In this document: positions 36,545 through 45,988 of the stretch, one piece after another | How positions within the stretch are numbered: position 1 is the first letter of the stretch | Layout: each line of letters opens with the position of its first letter | Assembly: GCA_947380175.1 (NCBI GenBank) | Contig: CANCPZ010000001.1 | Location: 1-48,373, forward strand | Source: Bacteroidota bacterium | Lineage (GTDB): Bacteria; Bacteroidota; Bacteroidia; 2-12-FULL-35-15 | Direction: 5' to 3' | Length of the DNA stretch: 48,373 bases | The notes under the pieces: model-generated | Database searches by the model: none | What the model saw: only the letters and a program-made list of their open reading frames with translations | Told to the model about the DNA's origin: nothing | Program-made: the position numbers and the translations under genes

Positions 36545-38092
36545 ATGCGTAGCCTTTTAAAAATTATTCTGTTTTTACTTCCAAGTACTTTTTTTGGGCA
36601 ATTAAAACAAGATGTTAATCCCAATGGATATAATACGTTTTATTACGATAATGGAAAAATTTCAAGCGAAGGTACAATGCACAATGGTAAGCCTGATGGG
36701 TATTGGAAAACATACTCTCCCAGCGGCGTAATAAAATCGGAAGGTAACCGCAAAAATTTTGAATTAGATAGTGTTTGGAAATTTTATAATGAACAAGGAA
36801 AACTTGCTTTCGAATTTAATTATAAAGGCGGGAAAAAGAATGGCGCAAAAAAAATATTTGATGCCAAAGAAGGAATATTGCTTACTTCCGAAATTTTCGA
36901 AAACGATATCAAAAAAGGCAATACAATTAACTATTATAAGGATGGAACAGTAAAACAAACAATTCCTTTTATTGATGGAAGAGAAGAAGGTGAAGGTTTT
37001 GAATACGCTCCTGATAATACCATCATTACATTAACCCAATATAAAATGGGTTTTATTCAGAAAGAAGAAAAAATAAATCGAAGAGATGCAACTAATCTAA
37101 AAACAGGAATTTGGAAAGAATTTTATTCAAATGGCATACTTAAAAATGAAGGAACTTATTCGGAAGATAAAATGAATGGGTATTTTAAAGAATATTCAAC
37201 CAAAGGAAGCCTAGTAAATACAAAAAAATACATTAATGGCGTATTGCAAACCGATCCACCGGAACTAGCAAAATTAGATGTTAAAACAAGTTATTTTGAA
37301 ACGGGAGCTGTAAGATTTACAGCAACTTATAAGGATGGAGTTGCCGAAGGAATTCAACGCGAATTTTCGCCCGAAGGAAAAGTAATTGGAGCAAAATTAT
37401 TTGTAGGTGGCATATTAACAGGCGAAGGAATATTGGATACTGCAGGTCGAAAGCAAGGTGCTTGGAAAGAATATTTTTTAAACGGAACATTACAATCCAA
37501 GGGCGAATATTTAAATGGGAAACGTATTGGAGAGTGGATCTTTTATCATCCAAATGGGAAAATTGAACAATTCGGAAAATACGATAGAAAAGGAAAAGCA
37601 CAAGGGCCATGGAAATGGTATTATGAAACTGGTACTATTTTACGCGAAGAAAATTATTTAAATAATTTACAAGATGGTTTAATGACCGAATACAGCGACA
37701 GTGGAAAAGTAATTACCAAAGGCGAATACATTGCAGGACAAAAAGAAGGGCCATGGATACTTGAATTAACAGAGTATAAGGAAGAAGGAAATTTTAAAGC
37801 CGATAAACGTGATGGAGAGTGGAAACATTATTTTACAGAAAATAATAAATTACGATTTGTAGGAAAATTTATGGACGGTGTACCTGATGGAATACAAACA
37901 TTTTATTATTTAAATGGAAAAGTTAGACAAACTGGTAAATATAGTGGTGGTGGGAAAGAAGGGGAATGGAAGTTTTATGATGAAACAGGAGTATTGTTTT
38001 TAACCATATTGTTTAAAAATGATATTGAGGTGCGCTTTGATGGCATAAAAGTGTTACCAGAATCAGCTGCAAGCGAACCAAGTATCAGATAA
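36545..38092 (+). CDS. Secreted MORN-repeat (MORN_2 / YwqK-like) protein
   Basis: The signal peptide is MRSLLKIILFLLPSTFFGQ. It is followed by about 18-20 degenerate ~23-aa repeats of the form G-x-W-K-x-Y-x-x-N-G-x-(L/I)-x-x-E-G-x-Y-x-x-G-K-x-x. Confidence 0.82.
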   Translation: MRSLLKIILFLLPSTFFGQLKQDVNPNGYNTFYYDNGKISSEGTMHNGKPDGYWKTYSPSGVIKSEGNRKNFELDSVWKFYNEQGKLAFEFNYKGGKKNGAKKIFDAKEGILLTSEIFENDIKKGNTINYYKDGTVKQTIPFIDGREEGEGFEYAPDNTIITLTQYKMGFIQKEEKINRRDATNLKTGIWKEFYSNGILKNEGTYSEDKMNGYFKEYSTKGSLVNTKKYINGVLQTDPPELAKLDVKTSYFETGAVRFTATYKDGVAEGIQREFSPEGKVIGAKLFVGGILTGEGILDTAGRKQGAWKEYFLNGTLQSKGEYLNGKRIGEWIFYHPNGKIEQFGKYDRKGKAQGPWKWYYETGTILREENYLNNLQDGLMTEYSDSGKVITKGEYIAGQKEGPWILELTEYKEEGNFKADKRDGEWKHYFTENNKLRFVGKFMDGVPDGIQTFYYLNGKVRQTGKYSGGGKEGEWKFYDETGVLFLTILFKNDIEVRFDGIKVLPESAASEPSIR

Positions 38093-38105
38093 AAAACATA
38101 AGCAT

Positions 38106-40424
38106 ATGCTCTCCAAAAAAACAAAAATTGAACTTGTTGCCGAAGTAAAAAAACTTCAAAAAAAAATTGATTCTCTCAAGCGAAAAAATGAAAAAATTAG
38201 TTCAATACCTTCAAAAAAATTAATTAAAGAAATTGCTCAACGTAAAAAAACAGAAAATGATTTAAATAACACACAAAAATATACAAGGTTATTAATTGAT
38301 AGTTCTTTGGATATGATTTGTGCATCCGATAAAAATGGTTTTATAACCGAATTTAATTACGCAGCACAGCAAATTTTTGGATATAAGCACGAAGAAGTTT
38401 TAGGGAAACATTTAAGTATGTTATTTGCCGATAACCAAGAGCCCTCCAAAATAACAGACAAAGAAATTTTTATTTCGGGTTCATTTACAGGAGAAGTCTT
38501 GAACAAAAAAAAATCGGGAGAACACTTTATTTCATACCTCTCTGCTTCTGTTTTAAAAAATAAAATGGGTGTAACTATTGGCTCAATGGGTGTTTCAAGA
38601 GATGTTACAGCCATAAAAAAAATTGAATTGGAGTTGCGAAAAAGTGAAGAGAGATATCGGGATTTATTTGAAAATGCAACCGATTTAATTCAGAGTATTG
38701 ATGCGAATGGTAAAATTTTATATGCAAATAGTGCATGGAAAAAAACCATGGGATTTTCTGAAGATGAACTAGCAGAAAAAACTATTTTCGATTTTATTCA
38801 CCCTAAAAGTGTTAAGCGTTGCATAAAATTACTTTCAAAAATACTTGATGATGGCAAAATAGATAATGCCGAAATTATTTTCCTTTCAAAAAGTGGGCAT
38901 CCAATAATTTGTGAAGGAAACATAAATAGCAAATTTGAACAGGGAAAGCTTAATTCTATTCGCGGAATATTTAGAGATGTTACGGTTAATCGTCAGGTTG
39001 CAAAGCAAATTAAAGAGAAGGAAGAAAATTATTTAGCAATATATAATCAGGCATATATTGGTATTGCTCAGGTTGCGCTTACTGGTAATTTTATTCATGT
39101 AAATGATCATTTATGCCAAATACTTGGTTACTCAAAAGAAGAGCTTTATAAAATGTCCTTTTCTGATTTAACTTCAGAAAGTGATTTAGAAAAAAGCATG
39201 GATATTCAAAACAAAGTGTTAAATGGAACCATTGATAAAGCCACTTTTGAAAAAAAGTATATTCACAAATCGGGTAAACCAGTAAATATTAACTTAACGC
39301 TTTCGGTAGTAAGGGATGGCGAAAAAAAACCTATGTATATTATTTCTGTTTTTCAAAATATTACCGACCGAATAATTGCTGAAAATGAAAAACAAAGACA
39401 ATCCGCACAATTAAATTCAATCATCGAAAGTAGCAGCCATATAATTTGGATGGTGGATAAAAATCTTTCACTAACAACATATAACAAAAACTACAGCAAT
39501 CAATTCGAGCAACTCTATGGAAAAGCTATTAAATTAGGTGATTCTATCTTTTCAAAACCTACGATTTCAAACGAACAAGAAACTACTGATTTTTTGAAAA
39601 AAAAGTATCAGAAAGCATTTTCGGGCAACCCCCAATACTTTGAAAAAAAACAAATACAACTTAACGGAAACGAATGCTGGCAAGAAGTTTATCTTAATCC
39701 AATTTTTGATAAAAAAAATAATGTAATTGAGGTATCAGGGATAGCACATGACATTACAGAAAAAAAATTAATTGATAAAAAAACACTTCAATCCCTTCAA
39801 GAAAAAGAAGTGTTATTAAAAGAAGTTCACCATAGAGTAAAAAATAATTTACAAGTTATTTCAAGTATTTTAAACCTTCAGTCTTCGTATGTTAAAGATA
39901 AGAAAACACTAAGTATTTTAAAAGAAAGCCAAGACCGAATAAAATCAATGGCCTTTATTCATGAAAGTTTGTATCAGACAAAAGATTTTTCGAGCATTAA
40001 CTTGTCCGAATATTTAGAGAAACTTACAATGAATTTATTTTATTCCTACTCAAATTTAGATTACCAAGTTAAATTAAATCTAGATATTCAAAATGTTTTT
40101 CTTAATTTAGACCTCGCAATTCCATGTGGTTTAGTTATTAATGAAATCGTTTCAAACGCATTTAAATATGCCTTTTTGAAAAACAGGGTCAATTGCGAAA
40201 TCTCTTTAAAAATTTCTTTAGTGGCCGAAAATTTAATATTATCAATTGGTGATAATGGAATAGGATTGCCTAAAAAATTTGACTTTAGAAACACCGAATC
40301 GTTGGGCTTACAACTAGTCGTATCATTGGTTGATCAATTAAATGGAGTTATTGAATTGGATAATACAAAAGGAGCAAATTATACAATAGTATTTAAACAA
40401 AATCAAGGAAAAAAAAGAATTTAA
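38106..40424 (+). CDS. Soluble multi-PAS sensor histidine kinase (HisKA_2-type phosphoacceptor)
   Basis: There is no TM segment. The N-terminus is a coiled coil (VKKLQKKIDSLKRKNEKI). About 4 PAS units are visible (DMICASDKNGFITEFN, DLIQSIDANGKILYAN, IGIAQVALTGNFIHVN, HIIWMVDKNLSLTTYN). The H-box is EVHHRVKNNLQVISSILNLQS and the ATPase G-box is GDNGIGLP. The start lies 13 nt after the MORN gene stop. Confidence 0.88.
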   Translation: MLSKKTKIELVAEVKKLQKKIDSLKRKNEKISSIPSKKLIKEIAQRKKTENDLNNTQKYTRLLIDSSLDMICASDKNGFITEFNYAAQQIFGYKHEEVLGKHLSMLFADNQEPSKITDKEIFISGSFTGEVLNKKKSGEHFISYLSASVLKNKMGVTIGSMGVSRDVTAIKKIELELRKSEERYRDLFENATDLIQSIDANGKILYANSAWKKTMGFSEDELAEKTIFDFIHPKSVKRCIKLLSKILDDGKIDNAEIIFLSKSGHPIICEGNINSKFEQGKLNSIRGIFRDVTVNRQVAKQIKEKEENYLAIYNQAYIGIAQVALTGNFIHVNDHLCQILGYSKEELYKMSFSDLTSESDLEKSMDIQNKVLNGTIDKATFEKKYIHKSGKPVNINLTLSVVRDGEKKPMYIISVFQNITDRIIAENEKQRQSAQLNSIIESSSHIIWMVDKNLSLTTYNKNYSNQFEQLYGKAIKLGDSIFSKPTISNEQETTDFLKKKYQKAFSGNPQYFEKKQIQLNGNECWQEVYLNPIFDKKNNVIEVSGIAHDITEKKLIDKKTLQSLQEKEVLLKEVHHRVKNNLQVISSILNLQSSYVKDKKTLSILKESQDRIKSMAFIHESLYQTKDFSSINLSEYLEKLTMNLFYSYSNLDYQVKLNLDIQNVFLNLDLAIPCGLVINEIVSNAFKYAFLKNRVNCEISLKISLVAENLILSIGDNGIGLPKKFDFRNTESLGLQLVVSLVDQLNGVIELDNTKGANYTIVFKQNQGKKRI

Positions 40425-40428
40425 AAAA

Positions 40429-41181
40429 ATGTCAAAACTAAACATATTAATTGTTGAGGACGAGAGTATAGTTGCGAAAGATATTCAGCAGAGTTTAAGA
40501 AAGTTAGGATATACCGTGGCGGGAATTTGTTCGGATGGTGAGGATGCAATACAAAGTGCTGAAGAGCTTCGTCCAGATTTAATTCTTATGGATATTATGT
40601 TGAAAGGCGAGATGAATGGCATTGAGGCGGCAACACAAATTCGCGACAAATTTAGCATTCCTGTTATTTATCTAACAGCATATGCTGATGAAAGCACCTT
40701 AAATAAGGCGAGAGTTGCCGAACCATATGGTTATGTAATTAAACCATTTAAAGAAATTGATTTGCACACATCAATCGAAATGGCTATTTACAAACATGAA
40801 AAAGAAATGGATGTAAAAAAGGAACGCGATTTTTTATATTCAATAGTAGAAAATAAAGATTCGAAAGACACCATCTTTGTAAAACAAAACTCTCGTTTAG
40901 TAAAAGTTAAAACCTCCGATATTTTTTATGTGGAGGCATTAAAGGATTATGTGGTTATCAATACTGCTAACGCCCGATATACAATTCACTCTACAATGAA
41001 AGATATTGAACGTAAATTACCAGCTAGTGATTTTATTCGCGTTCATCGTTCATTTATCGTAAGGATTGATAAAATTATTGCAATCGAACAACCTAATTTA
41101 ATTTTAGAAGACGATAAAAAACAAATTCCAATTGGCGGATCCTACAAGGACGCCTTAACCAATCGCCTAAACTTTGTTTAA
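40429..41181 (+). CDS. LytTR-family two-component response regulator
   Basis: The REC domain reads ILIVEDESIVAKDI...DLILMDIMLKGEMNG...KPF. The C-terminal LytTR DNA-binding domain reads IFYVEALKDYVVINTANARYTIHSTMKDIERKL...FIRVHRSFIV. Confidence 0.9.
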   Translation: MSKLNILIVEDESIVAKDIQQSLRKLGYTVAGICSDGEDAIQSAEELRPDLILMDIMLKGEMNGIEAATQIRDKFSIPVIYLTAYADESTLNKARVAEPYGYVIKPFKEIDLHTSIEMAIYKHEKEMDVKKERDFLYSIVENKDSKDTIFVKQNSRLVKVKTSDIFYVEALKDYVVINTANARYTIHSTMKDIERKLPASDFIRVHRSFIVRIDKIIAIEQPNLILEDDKKQIPIGGSYKDALTNRLNFV

Positions 41182-41259
41182 TTTAATTAGGGAAAATAAT
41201 TTTCGATTTTTATTTAATCGTCAATAAAAAAACTAAAAATAATTATTGATAACACATTT

Positions 41260-41733
41260 ATGGCTATGACAGAAAAGTTAGATCAGATCGATAAAAAAAT
41301 TTTGAAAATTCTATCCACTAATAGTGGTATTAGTAATATTGAACTTGCTAGTCAAATTGGACTTTCTGCAACCCCTACATTTGAAAGGGTAAAAAAACTA
41401 GAAAAACAGAAAGTAATACGAGGCTATCATGCAGATATAAATCCTCAACCACTAGGTTTGGGAATTGAAACATTCATGATGGTTTCACTTGCAAAAACAG
41501 ACAGGGATTCAACTGCGCTTTTTTTAAAACAAATTAATGAAATCGATGAAGTGTTAGAATGCTATCGTATTTTAGGGTCATCATCTGATTATATGATGAA
41601 AATAATAGTAAAGGATATGCCTGCCTACGAATATCTTGCAATGGAAACAATCCGCAACATAAAAGAAGTAAGTCAATTAAAAACGATGGTTATTCTTTCT
41701 ACTCTCAAAAAAAACTATTCTTTACCTTTGTAA
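41260..41733 (+). CDS. Lrp/AsnC-family transcriptional regulator
   Basis: The helix-turn-helix segment is LDQIDKKILKILSTNSGISNIELASQIGLSATPTFERVKKLEKQKVI. A RAM/AsnC_trans_reg C-domain follows. The protein is 157 aa. Confidence 0.88.
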   Translation: MAMTEKLDQIDKKILKILSTNSGISNIELASQIGLSATPTFERVKKLEKQKVIRGYHADINPQPLGLGIETFMMVSLAKTDRDSTALFLKQINEIDEVLECYRILGSSSDYMMKIIVKDMPAYEYLAMETIRNIKEVSQLKTMVILSTLKKNYSLPL

Positions 41734-41752
41734 ATAAAACTTAAAATATATC

Positions 41753-41794
41753 GTAACAAAAAAAGACTCTCAAACTGAGAGTCTTTTTTGTTAC
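41753..41794. terminator. Bidirectional rho-independent terminator between the lrp-like gene and atpG
   Basis: The sequence is GTAACAAAAAAAGACTCTCA-AAC-TGAGAGTCTTTTTTGTTAC. The 8-bp core stem is flanked by an A-tract and a T-tract, so it reads as stem plus U-run on both strands. Confidence 0.8.
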
Positions 41795-41809
41795 ACTTAA
41801 AACGTTTTT

Positions 41810-42688
41810 TTATCCTGCCAACGCTTCTGCACCACCAACTATTTCTAGGATTTCATTGGTAATTGCCGCTTGACGAGCTTTGTTATAGGTTAGTTTTAGT
41901 TCTTTTATTAAAGATCCTGCGTTATCCGTTGCCTTATGCATTGATGTCATACGTGCTCCATGCTCTGCTGCATGCGAATCCAATAACGCTTTAAACAATT
42001 GAGTTTTTAATGAACGAGGGATTAAATCTGCAACAATAAATTCTTTGTTTGGTTCAAAAATATATTCGCTTGATTTCTTTTTTTCTGAAACAACAGGTGC
42101 TTGAACAGGTAAAAATTGCTCTACAGTTGTTATTTGAACAGCAGCATTTTTAAATTGATTATACACTAATTCAACTTTATCAAACTGACCGGCAACAAAA
42201 ACTTGCATAATTTTTTCTGCAACTGGGGCAACATTAACAAAAGTAAGGTCGTCGAATAACTCATTCAAACCTCTTGGCATATCCGATCCAATTATTCCGT
42301 ATTCCGTTTTTTTAAAGAAATCAGCAGCTTTTTTACCTACACATAAAACACTCACATTAGCTGTTTTATAGTCTTCTTTTGCTAATTTATTTGCAACTTT
42401 TAATACGTTGGCGTTAAATCCACCACATAAACCCCTATTTGATGTAATTACAACCAACAATACACTTTTAACCTCTCGCTGTTTCGAATAAATACCTTCA
42501 GAGCTATCTAAACTGGCGCTTAAATTTTCTAATATTTCCTTTAGCTTGGTTGCATAAGGGCGCATTTGTGTAATAGCATCTTGCGCTCTACGCAACTTTG
42601 CAGCACTAACCATTTTCATAGCGCTGGTTATTTGTTGTGTTGAACTTACTGATACTATTCGGTTTCTAACCTCTTTTAAATTTGCCAT
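41810..42688 (-). CDS. atpG: F1 ATP synthase subunit gamma
   Basis: The N-terminus is MANLKEVRNRIVSVSSTQQITSAMKMVSAAKLRRAQ and the C-terminus is RQAAITNEILEIVGGAEAL. Confidence 0.95.
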   Translation of the reverse strand: MANLKEVRNRIVSVSSTQQITSAMKMVSAAKLRRAQDAITQMRPYATKLKEILENLSASLDSSEGIYSKQREVKSVLLVVITSNRGLCGGFNANVLKVANKLAKEDYKTANVSVLCVGKKAADFFKKTEYGIIGSDMPRGLNELFDDLTFVNVAPVAEKIMQVFVAGQFDKVELVYNQFKNAAVQITTVEQFLPVQAPVVSEKKKSSEYIFEPNKEFIVADLIPRSLKTQLFKALLDSHAAEHGARMTSMHKATDNAGSLIKELKLTYNKARQAAITNEILEIVGGAEALAG

Positions 42689-42765
42689 TTGTAATTGGAT
42701 GTTAGATTTTTGATATTAGAATCTGGATTTAAAAATCCAAAAACTAATACCTAATATCTCAATAC

Positions 42766-44343
42766 TTATTTATAATTTGCTGATAAGTCTTTTGCTACTG
42801 ATTCTAATACGTTTGTAATCTCGTCAGTAAATTTACCTGCTTTTAAATCGTTTAATATATTCTTGTGTTTAGCTTCTAAAAAAGCAATGAATTCAGCTTC
42901 AAATTCTTTTACTTTATTTACAGGAACATTACGCAATAAACCTTTTGTACCACAATAAATAATTGCAATTTGCTGTTCAACACGCGCTGGCGAAAATTGC
43001 GCTTGCTTCAAAATTTCCACGTTACGCGAACCTTTGTCAAGTACGGATTTTGTTGCAGCATCTAAGTCGGAACCAAATTTAGAAAATGCTTCTAATTCGC
43101 GATATTGTGCTTGGTCAAGTTTTAATGTACCAGCCACTTTTTTCATTGATTTAATTTGAGCGTTACCACCCACACGAGATACCGAAATACCTACGTTAAT
43201 TGCCGGTCGAACACCTGCATTAAATAAGTTTAACTCCAAGAAAATTTGTCCGTCAGTAATAGAAATAACATTTGTTGGAATGTATGCAGAAACGTCACCA
43301 GCTTGTGTTTCAATGATTGGCAATGCCGTTAATGAACCACCACCTTTTACAATTCCTTTAATAGAATCAGGTAAATCATTCATGTTTTTTGCAATATCAT
43401 CATTCGAATTAATTTTAGCGGCACGCTCTAACAAACGACTGTGCAAGTAAAATACGTCACCAGGATATGCTTCACGTCCTGGAGGTCTACGTAACAATAA
43501 TGAAACCTCACGGTAAGCAACTGCTTGTTTAGACAAATCATCATAAACAATTAATGCAGGTCTGCCAGAATCGCGAAAAAACTCTCCAATTGCTGCACCA
43601 GCGAAAGGAGCGTAAAACTGCATTGGTGCAGGATCAGATGCTGTAGCCGATACAATTACAGTATAAGGCATAGCACCATTTTCTTCCAATACTCGTTGAA
43701 TATTAGCAACTGTCGAACCTTTTTGACCAATTGCCACATAAATACAAAACACAGGTTGACCCGCTTCGTAAAATTCTTTTTGGTTAATAATAGTGTCTAT
43801 CGCAACAGCTGTTTTACCCGTTTGACGATCGCCAATAATTAACTCTCGCTGACCTCTCCCGATAGGAATCATCGCATCAATTGCTTTCAGACCTGTTTGT
43901 AACGGCTCGGTTACTGGCTGACGATAAATAACACCAGGCGCTTTGCGCTCCAATGGCATTTCATATAATGTACCTGCAATTGGTCCTTTACCATCAATTG
44001 GATGACCCATTGTATCAACAACACGACCTAACATACCCTCACCTACTTGCAATGAAGCAATTTTTCCTGTACGCTTAACTATATCACCTTCTTTAATTTC
44101 GTTTGACGAACCTAAAGTTACAGCACCAACGTTGTCTTCTTCTAAATTCAATACAATACCTTTTAATCCACTTGCAAATTCAATCAACTCTCCTGATTGT
44201 ACTTTTGATAGTCCGTAAATACGGGCTATACCATCACCTACTTGCAATACGGTACCAACTTCTTCTAATTCCTGTTCCGATTTAAAACCAGATAATTGTT
44301 GTCTTAATATTGCAGATACTTCTGCGGGTTTAACTTCTGCCAT
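42766..44343 (-). CDS. atpA: F1 ATP synthase subunit alpha
   Basis: The P-loop is [15 protein letters not shown]. The protein is 525 aa with full-length alpha-subunit architecture. Confidence 0.97.
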   Translation of the reverse strand: MAEVKPAEVSAILRQQLSGFKSEQELEEVGTVLQVGDGIARIYGLSKVQSGELIEFASGLKGIVLNLEEDNVGAVTLGSSNEIKEGDIVKRTGKIASLQVGEGMLGRVVDTMGHPIDGKGPIAGTLYEMPLERKAPGVIYRQPVTEPLQTGLKAIDAMIPIGRGQRELIIGDRQTGKTAVAIDTIINQKEFYEAGQPVFCIYVAIGQKGSTVANIQRVLEENGAMPYTVIVSATASDPAPMQFYAPFAGAAIGEFFRDSGRPALIVYDDLSKQAVAYREVSLLLRRPPGREAYPGDVFYLHSRLLERAAKINSNDDIAKNMNDLPDSIKGIVKGGGSLTALPIIETQAGDVSAYIPTNVISITDGQIFLELNLFNAGVRPAINVGISVSRVGGNAQIKSMKKVAGTLKLDQAQYRELEAFSKFGSDLDAATKSVLDKGSRNVEILKQAQFSPARVEQQIAIIYCGTKGLLRNVPVNKVKEFEAEFIAFLEAKHKNILNDLKAGKFTDEITNVLESVAKDLSANYK

Positions 44344-44408
44344 TTTTATTCGTTGTTTGTTATTAGTTGTTTGTGTTATACATAATTGAAAAATTCAATT
44401 AAATTATT

Positions 44409-44966
44409 TTAAAATTCCTTAATAAATGGATTCTCTTTAAATGATTGTTTTAAATTATTCAGTTTGCGCGAAATACTTGCATCTACTTGTTTATCTCCTA
44501 CACGAATAATAAAACCACCAATAATATTTTCATCAATTCGCTCTTCAATAACAACATCGCTACTACTTGAATTTTTAACAATATCAATTACTTGTTTGCG
44601 GATAATGTCATCCATTCTAGTTGCTGTTGTAACTACAGCCGTTAATATTTTTTTCTTTTCTTTATACTGCTTAATAAATTCAGAAACAATTTCAAGTAAA
44701 AATATTTCACGCTTTTTGTTAGTAATTAAGTGAATATAGGCATCCGTAACTTTATTTAGTTTTCCTGCAAATATTTCTTTTAAAATAGCTTGCTTTTTAT
44801 CCGTATTAATAATAGGGCTTTTTAAAAATGTAACAAAATCGTGATTGGATTCACATACGCTTGAAATAGTTTTCATATCAGCATATGCTTGCTCTAAAAC
44901 GCCTTGTTCCATAGTTAAATCTATGAATGATTTTGCGTATCGTGCTGCTACTCTTGTTCCTTGCAT
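44409..44966 (-). CDS. atpH: F1 ATP synthase subunit delta (OSCP)
   Basis: It is 185 aa with the N-terminus RVAARYAKSF and the C-terminal segment GGFIIRVGDKQVDASISRKL. It sits between atpF and atpA. Confidence 0.88.
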   Translation of the reverse strand: MQGTRVAARYAKSFIDLTMEQGVLEQAYADMKTISSVCESNHDFVTFLKSPIINTDKKQAILKEIFAGKLNKVTDAYIHLITNKKREIFLLEIVSEFIKQYKEKKKILTAVVTTATRMDDIIRKQVIDIVKNSSSSDVVIEERIDENIIGGFIIRVGDKQVDASISRKLNNLKQSFKENPFIKEF

Positions 44967-45027
44967 CCTTTTGGTTATTGGTTGTTGCTAGATAATTCTT
45001 AATTATTAACTTCTCCTCAACTAAAAA

Positions 45028-45522
45028 CTAGTTTAAGTTAATGTCTTTTAAAAAAGTATTTACTAACGATTTTTGTTTTTCGTCAGAAGATAATTCCGAT
45101 TTCAATATTTTTTCTGCAATATCAATTGAAAGGCTAGCAACCTGATTTTTCAATTCGGTAATTGCTGCCATTTTTTCGTTTTGAATATTTTCGCGAGCAC
45201 TCTTTAATAAGCGCTCTCCTTCTTTTGTTGCCAAGCCTTTTGCTTCTGCAATCATTTGTTCTCTAATGTCGCGTGCATCTTTCAATAATTGATCACGTTC
45301 AGCTCTCGCTTGAACCAAAATGCGTTCGTTGTTTGCTTGCAATGCTTTCATCTCCAATTTTGCATTTTCAGCAGCAGCTAAAGCACTTTCTATTGATTCT
45401 TCACGCTCCTTAATCATTCCCAAAATTGGTTTCCATGCAAACTTTTTTAATAAGAAAAGGATAATAGAAAAGGATATTATCATCCAAAAAATTAAGCCTA
45501 TTGAGGGTTTTACTAATTCCAT
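45028..45522 (-). CDS. atpF: F0 ATP synthase subunit b
   Basis: It has a single N-terminal TM helix followed by a long charged helix (REESIESALAAAENAKLEMKALQANNERIL). The protein is 164 aa. Confidence 0.88.
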   Translation of the reverse strand: MELVKPSIGLIFWMIISFSIILFLLKKFAWKPILGMIKEREESIESALAAAENAKLEMKALQANNERILVQARAERDQLLKDARDIREQMIAEAKGLATKEGERLLKSARENIQNEKMAAITELKNQVASLSIDIAEKILKSELSSDEKQKSLVNTFLKDINLN

Positions 45523-45613
45523 TTTTTTGTTTTTTGTTTTTATTTTTTAAAATGCTCACTTCTTGGCTTTGCTTTGCTCAAAAGTGACAACATAATCTGA
45601 TGACAATTTTTAA

Positions 45614-45646
45614 AAAAATGTCTGCAGCAACCCTGCAGACATTTTT
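45614..45646 (-). terminator. Strong intrinsic terminator/attenuator immediately after atpE, inside the atp operon
   Basis: The 10-bp stem ATGTCTGCAG/CTGCAGACAT has a 5-nt loop and a 4-bp A:T extension. On the minus strand it is followed by a run of 7 T. It begins 8 nt downstream of the atpE stop. Confidence 0.65.
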
Positions 45647-45653
45647 ATTTTTT

Positions 45654-45947
<294 letters not shown>

Positions 45948-45988
45948 TTAGCTGTCGGCAAGGCTGCCCAACTAAAACTGGTATTTTT

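Noticed and set aside
20494-38092. Reading the two MORN_2 / YwqK-like proteins (20494..20931 and 36545..38092) as antitoxins of a toxin-antitoxin or polymorphic-toxin system
   Set aside because: The YwqK antitoxin label is commonly propagated to any MORN_2 repeat protein. Both proteins here have export signals, and no adjacent gene resembles a toxin, nuclease or deaminase.
34956-40294. Antisense or alternate-frame ORFs 34956..35174, 36764..36958, 36771..36953, 37317..37610, 38357..38614 and 40088..40294
   Set aside because: They lie within the OmpA-like, MORN and histidine kinase genes, and no motifs were found in them.
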